Of a DNA stretch of 64,000 nt, positions 63,324 through 64,000 are shown piece after piece. Location: the NCBI RefSeq assembly GCF_001194135.2, contig NC_068998.1, forward strand, positions 26,403,340 to 26,467,339, given 5' to 3'. Numbering within the stretch: the first letter of the stretch is position 1; every line of letters begins with the position of its first letter. Under the pieces are notes generated by a model, which was not told the origin of the DNA, ran no database searches, and worked only from the letters and a program-made list of their open reading frames with translations. Position numbers and translations under genes: made by a program. This stretch comes from Octopus bimaculoides. Lineage: Eukaryota.

Positions 63324-64000
63324 CGAGCAATTTTCAGAGAAAGGGCAAAGGTTTAGTCAGCCGATCGTACAGCTAATTTGGGATATAGAAGAGGTGGCTT
63401 CTTGTTAGCATTAACACCATCTTAATTTCTTTTCATCTATGACGTTTCATGGCTTTAATAAAATATTAACACGGCTGATACTTTATCTAATGGACAGTAG
63501 GACAGATCGATATGACATCGCAATTTGCTAATACAGAAGAACTCGATGGCGCAGTGTGGAGTCTACGCTTTCGCAACGGTCTAGAAGCTATGTGTAATAT
63601 ATTTATGTAAGCATAGAGCTTTAAGTGAGGTTGCTGTGAGGTTATTGCTTCAATAACATAATTCAGAACTTAATGACTTATTTTCTTATTCTGATACTAG
63701 TTTCAGTTATTGAACTACAGCCATGTTGGCGCAAAACCTTCAAGGGTTTTAGTTTCAGTCGATTACTTATTTTAATAAATTTCTATTCATGAAATGGTTA
63801 AGTTAACTTTATGATATGAGGAAGCGAAATTATATTCGCCGATTTTCAGCTATAAAAAAAGAAACAGATGTGTATGTATGTATGCATGTATGTATGTATG
63901 TATGCCCTTCTGTTGTTTTTCAAATTCTGATACGGTAATAGGTGAGCTGTCATGACAGACGGCATGTCTTGAGGCCATTTTGATCTGACGGAATCCATCT

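Overview
AT-rich eukaryotic, almost entirely non-coding DNA from a gapped short-read assembly (15 N-runs, nearly all flanked by microsatellites). The repeat families and microsatellite load resemble those I recall from octopus (coleoid cephalopod) genomes; this is an inference, not a database result. No host gene, CRISPR array or functional RNA gene can be called confidently, and most listed ORFs are microsatellite or gap artefacts. Supportable content: many tRNA-derived SINE copies from about five families; decayed Tx1/L1-clade LINEs (21.8-24.3 kb +, 42-44 kb -); R4/Dong-like RLE LINE fragments; a Penelope-like GIY-YIG remnant; a Chapaev3-type (CMC) DNA transposon remnant; a hAT-like MITE; several foldback hairpins; and a few unlinked candidate exons. 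The most interesting signal is a set of minimal type I hammerhead ribozyme motifs. One has an intact core and sits in the tail of a tRNA-headed SINE (61413-61682); five further sites are degenerate. Also notable are SINE arrays whose junction motifs suggest repeated insertion into a regenerated target, and a recent inversion with a 50-bp inverted duplication inside an old Tx1 copy.
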